Source of the DNA: Hypanus sabinus | Taxonomy: Eukaryota | Assembly (NCBI RefSeq): GCF_030144855.1 | Contig: NC_082707.1 | Coordinates: 189,162,001 to 189,226,000, forward strand | Length of the DNA: 64,000 nucleotides | Direction: 5' to 3' | Shown here: positions 11,763-25,728 of the stretch, piece by piece | Position numbering within the stretch: position 1 is the first letter of the stretch | Layout: every line of letters starts with the position of its first letter | Notes under the pieces: generated by a model | What the model saw: only the letters and a program-made list of their open reading frames with translations | What the model was told of the DNA's origin: nothing | The model's database searches: none | Position numbers and translations under genes: made by a program

Positions 11763-13559
11763 AATATAAACGAGATTCTGCAGATGAAGCACACACAAAA
11801 TACTGGAGGAACTTAGCAGGCCAGGTAGCATCTATGAAGAGGAATAAACAGTTAACGTTTCTGAGATCTTTCATTAAGCCTCATAGTGCAATAGTTATAT
11901 TGCTGAACCAATAATCCAGAGAATGTGACAAATGATGATAACATTCATGTTTAACCCTCAGATAGCATTTAAATTCAAGTGGAGTAGAAGAAGCCACAAT
12001 TTCTGATGGTACCATGAATTTCACCAATATTAAAAATGCTTGATTCTGTCCTTTGGAGAAGAAAATTAGATGCTGTTAAATGAGACTTCAGATCCACAAA
12101 TAAAAAGCAATTAAAATGGAAAATAATGACTTTCAGAGGGCAAATAATTTGGAAGGTAACATGAACTGCTCGGGATTGGTTGACGGATGGCAGCATGAAA
12201 GAGGATCACAGAGAGGTAAGGGTGGCACTGAAGTGGCAAGGCTATACCACAACAGCAGTAAGATCCACAAGGAGGTTGTCTGCTCTCCCTGTGACCATGT
12301 GGGTTTCAAGTCAAAGTTTAGCTGTCATTCATCCATGCACATGAATACAGACAAGCGAAACGGATTCCTCCAGGGCCAAGGTGCAGAACACATTTGCAAC
12401 AGTCGCACGTAGCACATATAATCCTCCGGGTGCTCTGGCTTCCTCCAAAAATGTACAGTTCAGAGAATTAGTGAGACGTGGGCATGCTATGTTGGGGCCA
12501 GAAGCATGACAACACCTACAGGCCACTCAGAACAACCCTCGCTGATTTAATTTGATGTAAGTGACGCATTTCACCCTACGTTTCAATGTACATGTGACAA
12601 ATAAAGCCAATCTTTATCTTTAGGTAAGTGAGCAAGAAGAAACTCGCTCAAACTGGTAAAAATATTAACAATAATGCAGCCAGTATAGTAGCATAGCAGT
12701 TGGGTAACACTACTACAACACCAATGAGCTGGGTTCAAACCTGCCTCTGTCTGTAGGAGTCTGTACATTCTCCCTGTTGGTTTCCTCTGGGTGCTCCAGT
12801 TTCCTCCCGCATCCCAAAGACGTATGGGTTAGTGAGCTAATTTTTCACATGGGTGTAATTTAAAGTACAAAGTAAATTTATTATCGAAGTACACACTGTA
12901 TATGTCACCATATACTACCTTGAGATTCATTTTCCTGCAGGCATTCTCAGTACAACAGACAAATACAGATGAATCAATGAGAAACAGGACACAACAGCCA
13001 ATGAGCAAAAGGCAGACTTGCAAAAGAATGCACGTAATAACAAATAATCAAATAAATACTGAGAACATGAGTTGAAAGTGAGTTCGCAGGGTGTGGAATC
13101 AGTTCAGAGCTGAGGTGAGTGAAGTTCTCCATGCTGATTCAGATACCTGGTGGTTAAAGGGTAATCACTGGATGGTGCGTGCTCATTGAACCGGAAGGGC
13201 CTGTTATTAAGTTGTATCTCTAAGTAAATTAAACAACAATTTTTTTCTCAACTGCCAGAAGGGAAATGCATGGAATGGAGCATAATTCATCAAGTAACCT
13301 CTTTGGACTATTATAAAAGGATTATAGCCACATTTTACCAGATCTTATCAATTTTTATGTTGGTGAGGCCAACTGAAATATTCAGCTTACAGAGTGCAAC
13401 ACTCCTCTAATGTCATCATAAGTAGATCAATTTCTCATTGCCCTTACCGACTGCAAAATGGCAAATGTGTAAGCATACATTACAGTCACATCAATGGAAA
13501 TAGATTCAATATAATCAAAGACTGGAACATGAACTGCAATTTCTCCTTTCCCAAGCCTT

Positions 13560-13950
13560 TACACCCAAGTAAGCAAGTGTATAGAATGCCAAGGCATATA
13601 ATTTTAGAAAGCACAAATCTCTGATGACAGATTAGTTTTGCAAACAAATTCCTGGCAGGAAGAGGCACTTAGCAAAAAAGCTTTGCAATCAATTACTTGG
13701 AGAAGGAATGTTGTTGGTATTACAAACAAACAATTAGAACAACATCCCACAAACTGCATGGATAAATGGTTTAGCTATGGTTAGATCTCAGAGCTAAATC
13801 AGAGTGACAGGAAGAACTTTCCATCTTTCCTTTAAATAACACCATGGGGATTTTCTGAGAAATAAGAACACATATTATATCTCAGCAGAAGAATGCCACT
13901 TCTGTTAACGCAAAAGCTTCTCAGCACAAATCTGTAGTGTTCACCTTGAA
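13560..13950 (-). mobile_element. Ancient Deu-domain SINE relic (SacSINE1/AmnSINE-like)
   Basis: GAAGAACTTTCCATCTTTCCTTTAAATAACACCATGGGGATTTT...TCTCAGCAGAAGAATGCCACTTCTG resembles the reverse strand of the Deu-SINE body. Confidence 0.45.
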
Positions 13951-13954
13951 CACC

Positions 13955-15160
13955 AGTCCACTCCCTCAGCACTGTTGCAACATGGAGGCGTGTTCTCTCC
14001 CTTCTCCTATTTTCTCTCCGTCTCCAGTGATCCAGTTAAGCTGATAAAGTTTGTGGACAATGCCACTGTAATTGGCCTCATTACCAGAGGTGACAAATTC
14101 AAGTACCACCAAGCTAGTGTCCTGGTGCAGTCACAATAACTTAGAACTGAATGCCCTCAAGACGACGGGGTTGCCTGGCAACTTCAGGAGGTTCATCGGC
14201 CACAACTCGACGGTTAGCACAATTTCAGCATTCAGCTTCTTGGGCGTCATTATTTCACAGGACCAATGTCCCCTCTAATGTGTCCGCGTGCACACAAGTC
14301 CTTTGCTACTACTGCACAGAGGAATTTAAACTGCGCACAAAAGGTTGCACCCATGTTGGCATGTTGAATATATCCATGACTGTACACAATCATATTTCCT
14401 GATGCGGATGGTGTTGACAACGTGGAGTTTCTGATAATTTCTCTGCAGATTTTAGAACTGGTTTATTTTGTTACTGGGCAAAAAATTGCACAGCACAAGA
14501 TTTTTGCGCATACTAGTCATTACAAATTAGAGGGAAAATTGCACAGGACCTCGTGTGTGAGAACCATATCTTTTTCATGAACAAAAAGGATTGGTAGAGG
14601 ATGTTCTTTTTTGCGGCAATTGGTAAAATTCCATCTTCCCCGGAACATATTGGTGCAGTTCTACGCTGCCATCAGAGAGAGCACCCTCATATCAGCCACT
14701 TCGGTCTGGTTTGATGCAGCATCCTCCCACAATATACGAAAAATACGGGGAACTGTCAGAGCAGCAGGAAATGTCATTGGTTGCAGTCCACCATGACTGC
14801 AGGACTTGTGTGTGCCCAGGATAAAGAAGCGGGCAAGAAGAAGATAATTGTGGACACCACCCACCCTGCCAACTGACTTTTTCAAAAGCCCCCTTCTGGA
14901 AAGCGCTCCTGGGCTAGTAAAACAAAAACTTCACACCATCTTAAAAGTTTCTTCCTTCAGAAAGTTAATCTGATCCAATCATTCTAATTGTTCTGCCCCC
15001 TCTCTCTATTATCTCAGTCACTGTACTGCACCATAAACACTTTAAACCACTTTTTATAATGTTATGTACACTGTAAACACATGCAGGTATATACACATTT
15101 ATGCACATTTTATCGCGTATCCAAATTTAAACCTCCATATATGGCAAATGAAGTTGATCC
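13955..15160 (+). mobile_element. Rex1/Babar LINE 3' fragment, degenerate
   Basis: QGGVFSP..., KFVDNAT, WCSHNNLELNALKT, FYAAIRESTL..SVWF motifs. Confidence 0.8.
14264..14541. mobile_element. hAT-family MITE (278 bp) nested in the Rex1 fragment
   Basis: TIRs CAATGTCCCCTCTAA / TTAGAGGGAAAATTG. Perfect 8-bp TSD CACAGGAC at 14256-14263 and 14542-14549. Confidence 0.9.
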
Positions 15161-16459
15161 TTGAACAGCTGATTTCCCTGCACTGACCCCCTTCTACAAT
15201 TTCAAGAAAGATCTTACTGGTGCCCTATTTTACTACTGATTATGCAAATTTATTATCTCGCTTGAAACTCAGCATTCTTCCAAGTAAATCTGGTCCAGCA
15301 ATTTTCCACACCTTCTACTTAAACAGCAGACCCACAGGTATTTTGTTTAGCACTCAGGATGCAGTCCCTAAAACATATTTTATATAGATATGGGGGGGGC
15401 GGGGGAAGATTTTTATATGTGCCATGTAAGCTGACAGGTATTCCTGCCCTCTTGTGCACAACAGCACACAGACAGAGCAGGTGTTTTTTTATAAACATAC
15501 AACGTGGGACATATTTATGGGTATTTGGACTGGAGGACCTGGAGTACCATAATGAATCAGGACTCTACCAGGGAGTGCACAGTGCACTTCATATAATCAG
15601 CGATTTTAATTTCAAACAATTGAACAAACATATCTTCTTCCCATCAAAATCATTGAGCACAACTTTATAGCAATCAAAAATAACATCTTAAATAAAAACA
15701 TAGAAAAGCTTTATCATTGCAAACAATGCTTGCATTCCCGATAATGGGAAGACAGTGTGTATGGAGCAGGCAGGAACTGCAAACCAACACACTGTCCATT
15801 ACTGCTGAATGAGCCAGAAACCATCTGTTGGTGTGAACCACCTGGCAGCTCACAGCACCTAATAAGACAAGGATAAGCTTTTTTCAGACAAAGTGACTGC
15901 TCACAATCAGGACATTCTTTATGCAATAGATTCTAGTCTTTCCATGATATTTTCATCTTTTACTCTTTTGTTTGAATACCATATTTACTCATAACCCTGA
16001 AGTCTAATGACGTCAAGATTATCAGCAGGCCTTATTTAGTTTTAGCAACAGTTATTACCCTTCAATCATCAGACTCCTGAACCAGCGTGGATAACTTCAC
16101 TCACCTCAACTCAGAACTGATTCCAGAACCTATACACTCACTTTCAAATAATTTACAACTCATGTCCTCGGTATTTATTTATATATTTTCAAATTTGGAC
16201 TGGTTGTCTTCTTTTTATATATTGGTTGTTTCTCAGTCTTTGTCTACATGTAGTTTTGCATTGTTTCTATTGTATTTATCTGTTGTACTGAGAATGCCTT
16301 TATGAAAATGAATCTCACAATAGTAGATAGTGACAGTCAGTGGCCACTTCATTAGTTCCATCTGTACAGCTGCCCGTTATGCAGATATCTAATCTGCCAA
16401 TCATGTGGTTGCAACTCAATGCATAAAAGCATGCAGACATGGTCAAGAGGTTCAGTTCA

Positions 16460-18000
16460 GACATTTCCAAATTGTTATATGCTGTCGATGCTACCGTGTG
16501 GAAGAGAGGCAGGAAGATAAATTATATAGTTAGGAAAATGCAGGCAGCTATTAATGAAGTAGAGGAATGGGGATGTCGGTAGGGTTTAAACTTTCTGTTT
16601 AAAGATTCAAATTACCTGTTTGTCTAAAAGAAACATTACACCCATATTTGATCTCAAGTTATATGTTAAAACTCTAAAACATGAGTCAATAGTAAAGTTT
16701 CTCGGTATGTGGATGGATACAAGGTTCACATGGAAGGTACATGTGAAGAAAATTCTAGAGAAGTGTGGAAAAGGCCCTTAATATACCCAGGAACTTAGTT
16801 GTGTATGATTGGGATGTGAGCAGGAGGCCACTTGAACAAATGTATATTGCTTTAATCAGATTTTGGGTGTGTTGCTTATGGGTCAGCCTCACCAGCAGTC
16901 TTAAAGACGCTAGATAAAATTCAAACTCAAACATTGAGATTATGGTGTGGTGCTATTGAGTTTCAGCATTACTGGTAGAAATGTGTAAAGTACCTTTATA
17001 TCTATAGAGAGTACAGTTAGCATTGGCTTATTAGATTAATGTACCAAAAGTTGGCCATCCAATATTGGCAACATTAGTAGAGTGTTGGGAGCAATGTATC
17101 AATAAGGTCTTCAGTTTTGGGTGGATGGGAAAGGAATGGGCACAAAACCTTGGGATGTTTAATGTGGAATAGAGTCCCAGTGTACCCCTTTCTGTCTCCC
17201 ATCCATGGTTTTTCCCTTTGCCTGTGGCTGATTTGGGCCTTCAGGAAAAGATCAAGATGAGGAGCGACTGTACATCAGCGACAGGTTGTTCTGGTGTTCA
17301 AAGTACAAAGTACACTTTATACAATCTCAAGGTTTCACCAAAACAAAGAACCCCAATAGAATCCATTAAAATAAGAAGACCCTCAAAAACCCAATGTGCC
17401 AAAAAATACCAATAAAAATAAGCAAATAACATTCAGGTCTAGGCCCATGTAGACTCTTCCTATGGTTCCCCACCCCATGTTGGGGCTGAAGGAAACAAGG
17501 TGGCTGACCTTCTAGCCAGGCAATCAATCACAATTAAGGAAATAAATGTAATGGTGTCTTTGCATAAAGGGGAGGTGAAAGCCAGTATTAAAAATGTCTA
17601 CTTGATCATTCCAGCAACATATCTGGGATAAGGAAAAGAAAAAATGGCATTTATATAAAATTCAGAGGATGGTAGAAACTCAGCTGGGAAGTGAGTATAA
17701 TAGGAGGGAAGAAGTTATGCACAATTATGTATTAGGCATACTAGGTTGAATAATTCCTTATTCAGAATTAACATGCATGATATGGGCATTTGTAAGCAGA
17801 GCACTTATCAAGAAATAGTGCAGCATATACTGTTTAAATGCAGCTCCGGTGAGGTGCATAGGAAACATATAATTGTTAAATTAAGATCTTTGGGACAGAC
17901 ACAGTTTAACATGGAAAGTTTCAGGATATCACTGCCATCGTAATGTATACAAATACATATTTGACTTTCAAAAAGCATTAGACCTTTTGATATTATTTTA
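16460..18000 (+). mobile_element. RNase H-containing LINE relic (Nimb/I clade)
   Basis: KFLGMWMDTRFTWKVHV; YGSASPAVLKTLDKIQTQTLRL; RNase H motif W.P.HVGAEGNKVADLLA (~17460-17520); C-terminal GHTRLNNSLF...C...QEIVQHILFKC. Confidence 0.8.
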
Positions 18001-19324
18001 ACTTGTTGGGGGGGGGGGGAAGAAGAAGTCTTCTCTGAACTTCTCCAACTGTGAGAAGTTTGGACGTCCTCCTTGTGACCCCGTGGACTTGTTCCACTGA
18101 ATGTTTGTTGGGTCTGAAAGGCCTTTTACCATGCTGCACCTTCAAATAAAAATAGAGTCATAGAACATTACCACATAGAAACAAACCTTTTGGCCCATCT
18201 AGTCCATACTGAACTATTAATCTGTCTAGTCATCAAATAGTCTTGGAACATAATAAAATCTCTAAATAAAAAAATAAAAAACTTTGATCCAAAAAAAATC
18301 TAGTCTTATTATTTCCTACATCAGAATTATGCCAAAAAAGTCTTAAAGCTGAAACATTAGCTCTCTTTCTTCTACAGCAGTTGCAGACTGCTTGGCTGAG
18401 TAGTTTCTGTTTATCTTGCTTTTTGATAGGCTGCTTGCTAAATAAGAGTTTGATCTGATTGGCTGGCCAAGTGACCATCGATCATGGATCCTACTGTTAC
18501 ATTTCAGATCAACTGGAAATGGCCAAAAGCTTGATAAACAAACTTCATTTTAAAGAATGCAGTCGATCCAGGCAACTGCTTTAAACATTAAAGTGAGGGG
18601 AGAGGGATAGTTCAAACAATTGGCGGCAAAGTTGGGGCATCTTGGGAAGGCAAGTTGTTTACTCTTGAAATCACTGAGCTCGAGAGGGAAAACTAAACTG
18701 AACATAATTCTGGCTATTTAAATTATAGAAGCAATTTAAGTTAATTGCCACAAGTAGACAACTATCACAATAATAACCCAGCTGCCAAGCACTGTCAGAT
18801 CTAGTACTTCCCTTCAAGTTTGTCTCTGTTGTCCCCTCATCAGCATTCAACACAGAAATAAAGACACAGATCAGCAGAGGGATCAGTACACGTGAAATAG
18901 AACTAAATGGAAACAAATTATTTCACCCATACTGCTGTAGTATTGATGTCAAAATATCACATGGCAGTTAAGGTGGGAACAGGGCGGGGGCTTAAAGGAG
19001 AAGAAAATTCCATGGAAAGAAGTCAGGCCAAATTCTGTGCTGTTCTCACAGACAGAAAAAATAAGCACTCAAGCATATTAATCTCCCTTTTCAGTTGCAA
19101 TATGCCAAGGCAGGAAGATTAGAGCAGGATGTTCCAACAAGAAATCAATGGAAATTTTAACAAAAATTTTTATTTTCGTAATGGTGAATGTTGCTATGAA
19201 CAACTTAAAATTATCTGCAATCCTGAAAACAATAACTTGCTTTCATATAACAGAAGTAACACAGTATAGGTGCTTTGCAAGAGCAAGCTAAATCAAAAGT
19301 TTTTATCAACCTATGTAAGATCGT

Positions 19325-20122
19325 TAAAAAATATTAAGTACAATATTTAAGCACAAAAAATATTGCACTTTGGAAGGACAAACCAAAGTAGAGCACACAA
19401 GGTAAATGGTAGGACACTGAGGAGTGCAGTGGAACAGAGGGATCTGGGAGTACAGATACATAATTACCTAAAAGTGGTGTCACAGTTAGAGGGTAATAAA
19501 GAGAGCTTTTGGCATATTGGCCTTTATAAATCAAAGTATTGAGTATGAGTTGGAATATTACGGTGAGGTTACATAAGGCATTGGTGAGGCCGAATTTGGA
19601 GTATTTTGTGCAGTTTTGGTCACCGAATTACAGGAAGGATATTAATAAGGTTGAAAGAGTGCAGAGGTTTACAAGGATATTGCCTGGACCTGAGAAACTG
19701 AGTTACAGAGAAAGGTTGAATAGGTTAGGACTTTATTCCTGGAGTGTAGAAGAATGAGGAGAGATTTGATAGAGGTATATAAAATTATGATGGGTATCGA
19801 TAGAGTGAATGCAAGCTGAGGCTAGGGGAGAAAAAAACCAGAGGTCATGGGTTAAAGTTGAAGGGGGAAAAGTTTAAAGGGACCATTAGGGAGGGACTTC
19901 TTCACACAGTGAGTGGTGAGAGTGGAATAAGCTGCCAGTTGAAGTGGTGAATGCAGGCTCACTTTTAACATTTAAGAGAATCTTGGACAGGTACATGGAT
20001 GAGAGGCGTATAGAGGGATATGGTGCAGGTGCAGGTCAGTAGGACTAGGTAGAAAAATGGTTCGGCACAGCCAAGAATGGGCCAAAAGGTGTGTTTCTGT
20101 GCTGTAATGTTCTGTGGTTCTA
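19325..20122 (+). mobile_element. CR1 LINE 3' fragment
   Basis: LHKALVRPNLEYFVQFWSPNYRKDI.KVERVQ...LSYRERLNRLGL plus the CR1 3' UTR. Confidence 0.9.
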
Positions 20123-22289
20123 CAAATAGCCAAAATCAAGGGATTTATTTTACAGTGAAAAGAGCTGACAGTGAGGCAGAAAGGTTTAAGTAGAGTGTTC
20201 TAGAGACGTTGTATTCTAGAGTACTCTAGAAGTCAGGGTTAAATGGGCCGGTGCACATAAAGGAGTAATCAAATTTGAGGATAAACAAGAGGTTGAAATT
20301 ATAGAGGTCCTATAATAGCAGTACAAAAATATCTACTTATGTATATCTTTGGAATGTCATTACACAAATATACTTATAATGGTTTACTGTCTGTTCATAA
20401 AGCCTCATTAAGTGAGAAGTACTTGGGTTTCCAAAAGCATGAAAACAAGATGCATTTGCTTCCTAATTACCATGGGGAGATGGTAGCCACCATTACAGTT
20501 TGGGGCTTTCCAGAGTTCAGAGTTCAATTCTGTTACCGTCTGTGAAGAGTTTGTACGTTCTCCCTGTGAACTGCCTAGATTTCCTCCAGGTGCTCCAGTT
20601 TCTTCCCACAGTCCAAAGACATACTGATTGGCAGGTTAATTGGCCATTGTAAATTGTCCTGTGATCAGGCTAGTGTTAAACAGCTGCGGATTACAGAGCT
20701 GAGTGGCTTGTTGGGCGGGAGGGGCCTGTTCCATGCTGTATATCTAAATAAAGTAAAATAATTCCCGCCAAAGCTTTAAGGAGTTTTTATATTCTCCCCA
20801 TGACCATGGGGGTTTCCTCCAGGTGTTCAGGTTTCCTCTTGCATTTCAAAGATGTACGGGTTGTGGGCACGTTGGCACCGGAAGTGCAGCAACACTTGCG
20901 GGCTCTGAAGCACGATCCTCACTGATTTTATTTGATGACTTGGCGCATTTCACTGTATGCTTCGATGTACAAGTGACAAAAGGAATCCTCAAAAACAGGA
21001 TGCATTTGTTTGCTGCAATAATAAATGTGGATGTGTTATCATTATGTCTTTGTTGTTCTAGAATGTCATTACTATGATTCTAGGGCAGTCTCGCTTAATT
21101 AAGATAATGAACTACCTCACCGAGAAGTGTGCAAGAAACTTGCTTTCCCTCTTCAACGTATTTAAGGAAATTGTAATGCAAAGATCACGCACTTGACTAA
21201 GTAGGCAGGAATATGCAGTGTGCAGGTAGTAACGAGAGATAAACTTTTCACATTTGCATACTCCAACAGCAAATAAAAAATTCTTAATGTTATTGCAAAC
21301 TGTTCTAAAAATGCATACATGCATATAAGACCATAAAATATAGAAGCAGAATTAGGCTATTTGCACCATTGAGCCTGCTCTGCCTTTCAATCATTGCTGA
21401 TTTATTATCCCTCTGAATGTCACTCTCCTGCTTTCCTCCGTAACTTTTGATGACCTGACTCATCAAGAATCTATCAACCTTCACTTTAACTACACCCGGT
21501 GGCTTGGCCTCTATAGATGTCTGTGGCATGTAGAAGTAATGAAATGTAAAACTTGTGCCCATGGTAGAAATCTTCAATTTTCAAATCACTTTTTGACATA
21601 TGCACAGGAAAGCTGGTACTTATGAGGAAAAGTGCAAATAGAAATGTAATATGTATGCAGAACTGCAGGTTATGCTGTGTCTCTCACATGAATAGCAGTT
21701 TACCTATCCCAGTAAATAATACCATGCAACTAAATTATGTGAAATATAATGCAAGCCTTTTACCACCTGCTTACCATTGTTAATTTAATGCACACTGCTA
21801 TTAAGTTTTACGTTTTGGTAATGGATAGCCCATCCAACATACAACTACTAATGTTACATGGATCCAGATTATTAAGGCTCCAGCTGGTATCTGTTATTGT
21901 CTCAAAACCATCGTGTTGTAAAGGAACACGAGTCAAAACCTCACCCTGTGAAAAGGCTCCTGGCTCTATACACAGATTCAGTTAATGTGTCTGAATCTGA
22001 AATAACAAAACATGACAACAGATCTTTACATTAAGGGTGGTAATTAAAGCTGCCCCTTTACCAAGTCAAAGAGAAGGCAGCTAAAACCACTGGAAAGGGA
22101 AATATCTTATTGTTGATCGTTCTTTGCTATACAACCCACTACTTTGAGACTAGCTGTGCATCAGTCTAGGCATGCTGGGCTGTAATGTCATCAAAGGGAC
22201 TGGATAAGTTTGTTACCATTGCAATAGCATTATTGAACAGTTCTACATACCCCACCATACTCACAGAAGAATCAATGCTTCACAGATAA

Positions 22290-24050
22290 CTACTGAACTT
22301 TGAAGCTTTTAAATTGCACTTGTCATATCCTCAGTATCTTCAAAAACATTTTGCACAGAAGTAAATCCTAGTTTGAAGTGCATTCTTGTTCTAATGTTGG
22401 GAAACGTGGCAGACATGGAGATTAGCTTTATTGGTCACACATACAGTGCAATGCATTGTTCGTGTCAAATCAAATCAGCGAGGATTGTGCTGGGCAGCCC
22501 TCCACTGCTGCCACTCTTCTGGCATCCAGAATGGCTTGTCCCTAATTCACTAATCCTAACCCATACATCATTTGAGTCTGGGAGGAAAGTGCTTTGAATG
22601 GCTGATAACAAAAACTCCCATTCCTGCCACAATGGACACTCACCCATAAGCTTAACCAACAGAACTGCTCTACGACAGATGCCATAACATTTGTCATGCA
22701 CCTAGCCCTGGCACACCTAGAAAACAAGGATATGCGTTAGAATGCTGTTTCTAGATTTCAGTTTGGCACTCAACGCGATTGTCCCACAGACTTTGGTGAA
22801 CAAACTCCTACTCCTCAATCTAAATTCTCTATTCTACAACCAGATGTTGGACTTCCAAACTAACAGACCTCAGGTAATAAGGATGCACAACTGTTCTTCC
22901 ATCCCTATCATCCTCAACACAGGCACCCCGCCCCAGGGGTGTGAGCTGAGCCCATTGCTGTACATTCTGCTCACACATGACTGCACAGCCAAATACCTGA
23001 GTAATCACATTGTCAGGTTCGCCAATGACACAATTATCACCAACAACAATGAGGTGGCCTACAGAGAGGAGGTGGAAGAGCTTTAAGCCTGGTGTCAGGC
23101 AAATAACTTCTTCAATATCAACATGATGAAGGGGATGGTTATTGGCTTCAGGAGAGCTCGCACCACTCACACCCCTCGTTACATCAGTGGCACAGCCGTG
23201 GAAACCACAAGCAGTTTCAAACTCCTGGGAGTGCATGTCCCGCGAAACATTTCATGCTGCCAGAACAAACCATACACAATCAGGAACGTTCAATAATGCC
23301 TCTACTTACTGAGGGGGCTGAAAAGAGCTGGTCTATGCTCATCTATATTCAGGTCCCTTTACAGATGCGCGGTAGAGAGAGCATCCTAACATGCTGCATC
23401 AGTGCATGGAGTGGGAACCATGTGGCACAGGACTGGAAGGCTCAACAAGGGTAGTCAAAACTGCCCACTGACACAATCAAGGACATATATACAGATAGGT
23501 GCTGGTAAAGAGAACCTCACCAACCCTCCTCATAGTCTGTTTGTCCCACTCCTCAGGGAAGAGGGTTGGGGCTAGGATCCACGTCAAAACCACCAGACTC
23601 AAAATCAGCTCCTTTTCCCTAGCAGTAAGGCTGATCAACACCTCCAACCACTTGCCCACCACTGCACACTCTCCAACACCACTACTTTATCATTTCCTGT
23701 TGGATTCACCTCATGTACAGACGCTTTTGTGCCTGGCATCACAGAATCTGTGTATATAAGCTATCTTATATATTTATATTTATTTTTTATTATTGTGTTC
23801 TTTATCTAATTAGTGTTTTTTGTGCTGCATCAGATCCGGAGTAACAATTATTTAATTGTCCTTTACACTTGTGCACTGGAAATGATGTTAAACAATCTTG
23901 AGTCCTGAAATCTATGGAGAACATTCAATTTTGCCATTTTTTATACAACAATATGATACTATGCAGGTTTTTAAGGTATCGGTTGGGGAATAAATGTTGG
24001 ACAGGCACAAAAAGGAATAGCCCTGCACTTTAATTTTTAAGCCAAAACTC
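22290..24050 (-). mobile_element. Deu-domain SINE relic split in two (22290-22412 and ~23910-24050) by later SINE and Rex1 insertions
   Basis: TTTGAAGTGCATTCTTGTTCTAATGTTGGGAAACGTGGCAG and GTTGGGGAATAAATGTTGGACAGGCAC...AATAGCCCTGC match consecutive blocks of the reverse Deu consensus as recalled. Confidence 0.5.
22660..23905 (+). mobile_element. Rex1/Babar LINE RT fragment with 3' tail
   Basis: MLFLDFSLALNAIVP...NRPQVIR...TGTPPQGCELSPLLYILLTHDC...SNHIVRFANDT...AYREEVEEL. Confidence 0.9.
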
Positions 24051-24129
24051 TCAAACTATTCTTTTCTCTTTCACGCGCTTCTCAAGCTCTGAGCTGGTTA
24101 CTTCAATCAGAGGTAAATTCTGCATTCAA

Positions 24130-24405
24130 ACTACTATCCAGACATCCACTTATCCCTGTAACCATGCTGAGTGTTAGACCTGCCTGATACCTCCTCGCAT
24201 TCAAGGCCTAAACAGTCCTTAGATGAGACAGTCACTGATTTGTAAATCCACTGTGTTACTAATCGTATCCAGTGCTTCAGGAGCGGCCTTTTCCACATCA
24301 ATGAGACTCAATGCAGGTCTCCTATCAGATTCCATCATCTTCAGCCCTTTATCACTTTCACCTATCACCTTTCAGCCTCTCATATTATTCCCACCTACCT
24401 GCCTT
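24130..24405 (+). mobile_element. PLE fragment with degenerate GIY-YIG N-terminal motif
   Basis: ICKSTVLL / IQCFRSGLFHINETQ corresponds to C.S..V.Y.I.C..CG..YIGET, followed by pLTR sequence. Confidence 0.6.
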
Positions 24406-24406
24406 T

Positions 24407-24745
24407 CCATAAGATATAGGAGCAGAAGTAGGCCATTTGGCCCATCGAGTCTGCTCTGCCATTCAACCATGGGCTGATCCAATACTTCCAGTCATCCCCA
24501 CTCCCCTGCCCTCTCCCCATACCCTTTGATGCCCTGGCTAATCAAGAACATATCTATCTCTGCCTTAAATACACCCAGTGACTTGGCCTCCAGAGCCCTC
24601 TGTGGCAACAAATTCCACAGATTTACCACCCTCTGACTAAAGTAATTTCTCCACATCTCTATTCTAAATGGATGTTCTTGTATCCTGAAGTCATGCCCTC
24701 TTGTCCTAGACTCTTTTACCACAGGAAATAACTTTGCCATATCTA
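24407..24745 (-). mobile_element. CR1 LINE 3' end
   Basis: ESRTRGHDFRIQEHPFRIEMWRNYFSQRVVNLWNLLP plus 3' UTR. Confidence 0.9.
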
Positions 24746-25728
24746 ATGAGTTCAAGAGGACTAGAATACAAAAGCAAAGATTTAATGCTGAGGCCTTGTA
24801 AGTCATTGGTCAGACCATACTTGGAGTATTGTGAGCAATTTTGGGACCCTACTAAGCTAGCATTGAAGATAGTCCAGAGGAGGTTCACAAGAATGATCCC
24901 AGGAATGAAAGGGTTAACATATGAGGAGCATTTGAAGGCTCTGGGCCTGTACTCACTGGAACTTGGCAGAATTAGAGAGGATCTCACTGAAATTTATCAA
25001 ATATTGAATGGCCTAGATAAAGTGGACATGGAGAGAATGTTGCCTATAGTGAGGGAGTCTAGGGCCAGAGGGCACAGCCTCAGAATTGAGGGACATCTAT
25101 TTAGAACAGAAATGAGGAAAAAATGTCCTTAGCCAGAGGGTGGTGAAACCTTGGAATTCATTGCAACAGAAGGCTGTGCAAGCCAAGGCTTTGGGTATAC
25201 AGTTTTTAAGGCAGAGGTTGATATGCTCTTAATTAAACAGGATGTTAAAGGTCACAAGGAGAAGGCAGGAGAATGCGGTTGAGAGGGAAACTAAATTGAA
25301 TTGAATTGACTTTACTACTTACATCTTTCGTAAACATGAGGAGCAAAAATCTTTACATTATGTCTCTGTCTAAATATGCAATTTATAGTAATTTATAATA
25401 AACGGGATGTACAACAATATAACATAGAAATACAGTTGCGTCAGCATGAATTAATCAATCTGACAGCCTGGTAGAAGAAGCTGTCCCATTAGCCTTGTTG
25501 GTCCTGGCTTTTATGCTACAGTACCGTTTCCTGGATGGTAGCGGCTGCAACAGTTTGTGGTTGGGGTGACTCGGGTCCCCAGTGATCCTTCAGGCCCTTT
25601 ATACACACCTACCATTGTAAATGCCCTGAACAGTGGGAAGTTCACATCCAAAGATAGTCAGCCATGATTGAATGGCAGAACAGACTCGATGGGCTGAATG
25701 ACTTAATTCCATTCCTATGTCTTATGGT
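24746..25728 (+). mobile_element. CR1 LINE 3' fragment interrupted by a minus-strand Rex1 tail (~25293-25655)
   Basis: KSLVRPYLEYCEQFW...VQRRFTRMIPGMKGLTYEE. The 3' UTR resumes at ~25657 (TCAGCCATGATTGAATGGC). Confidence 0.85.
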
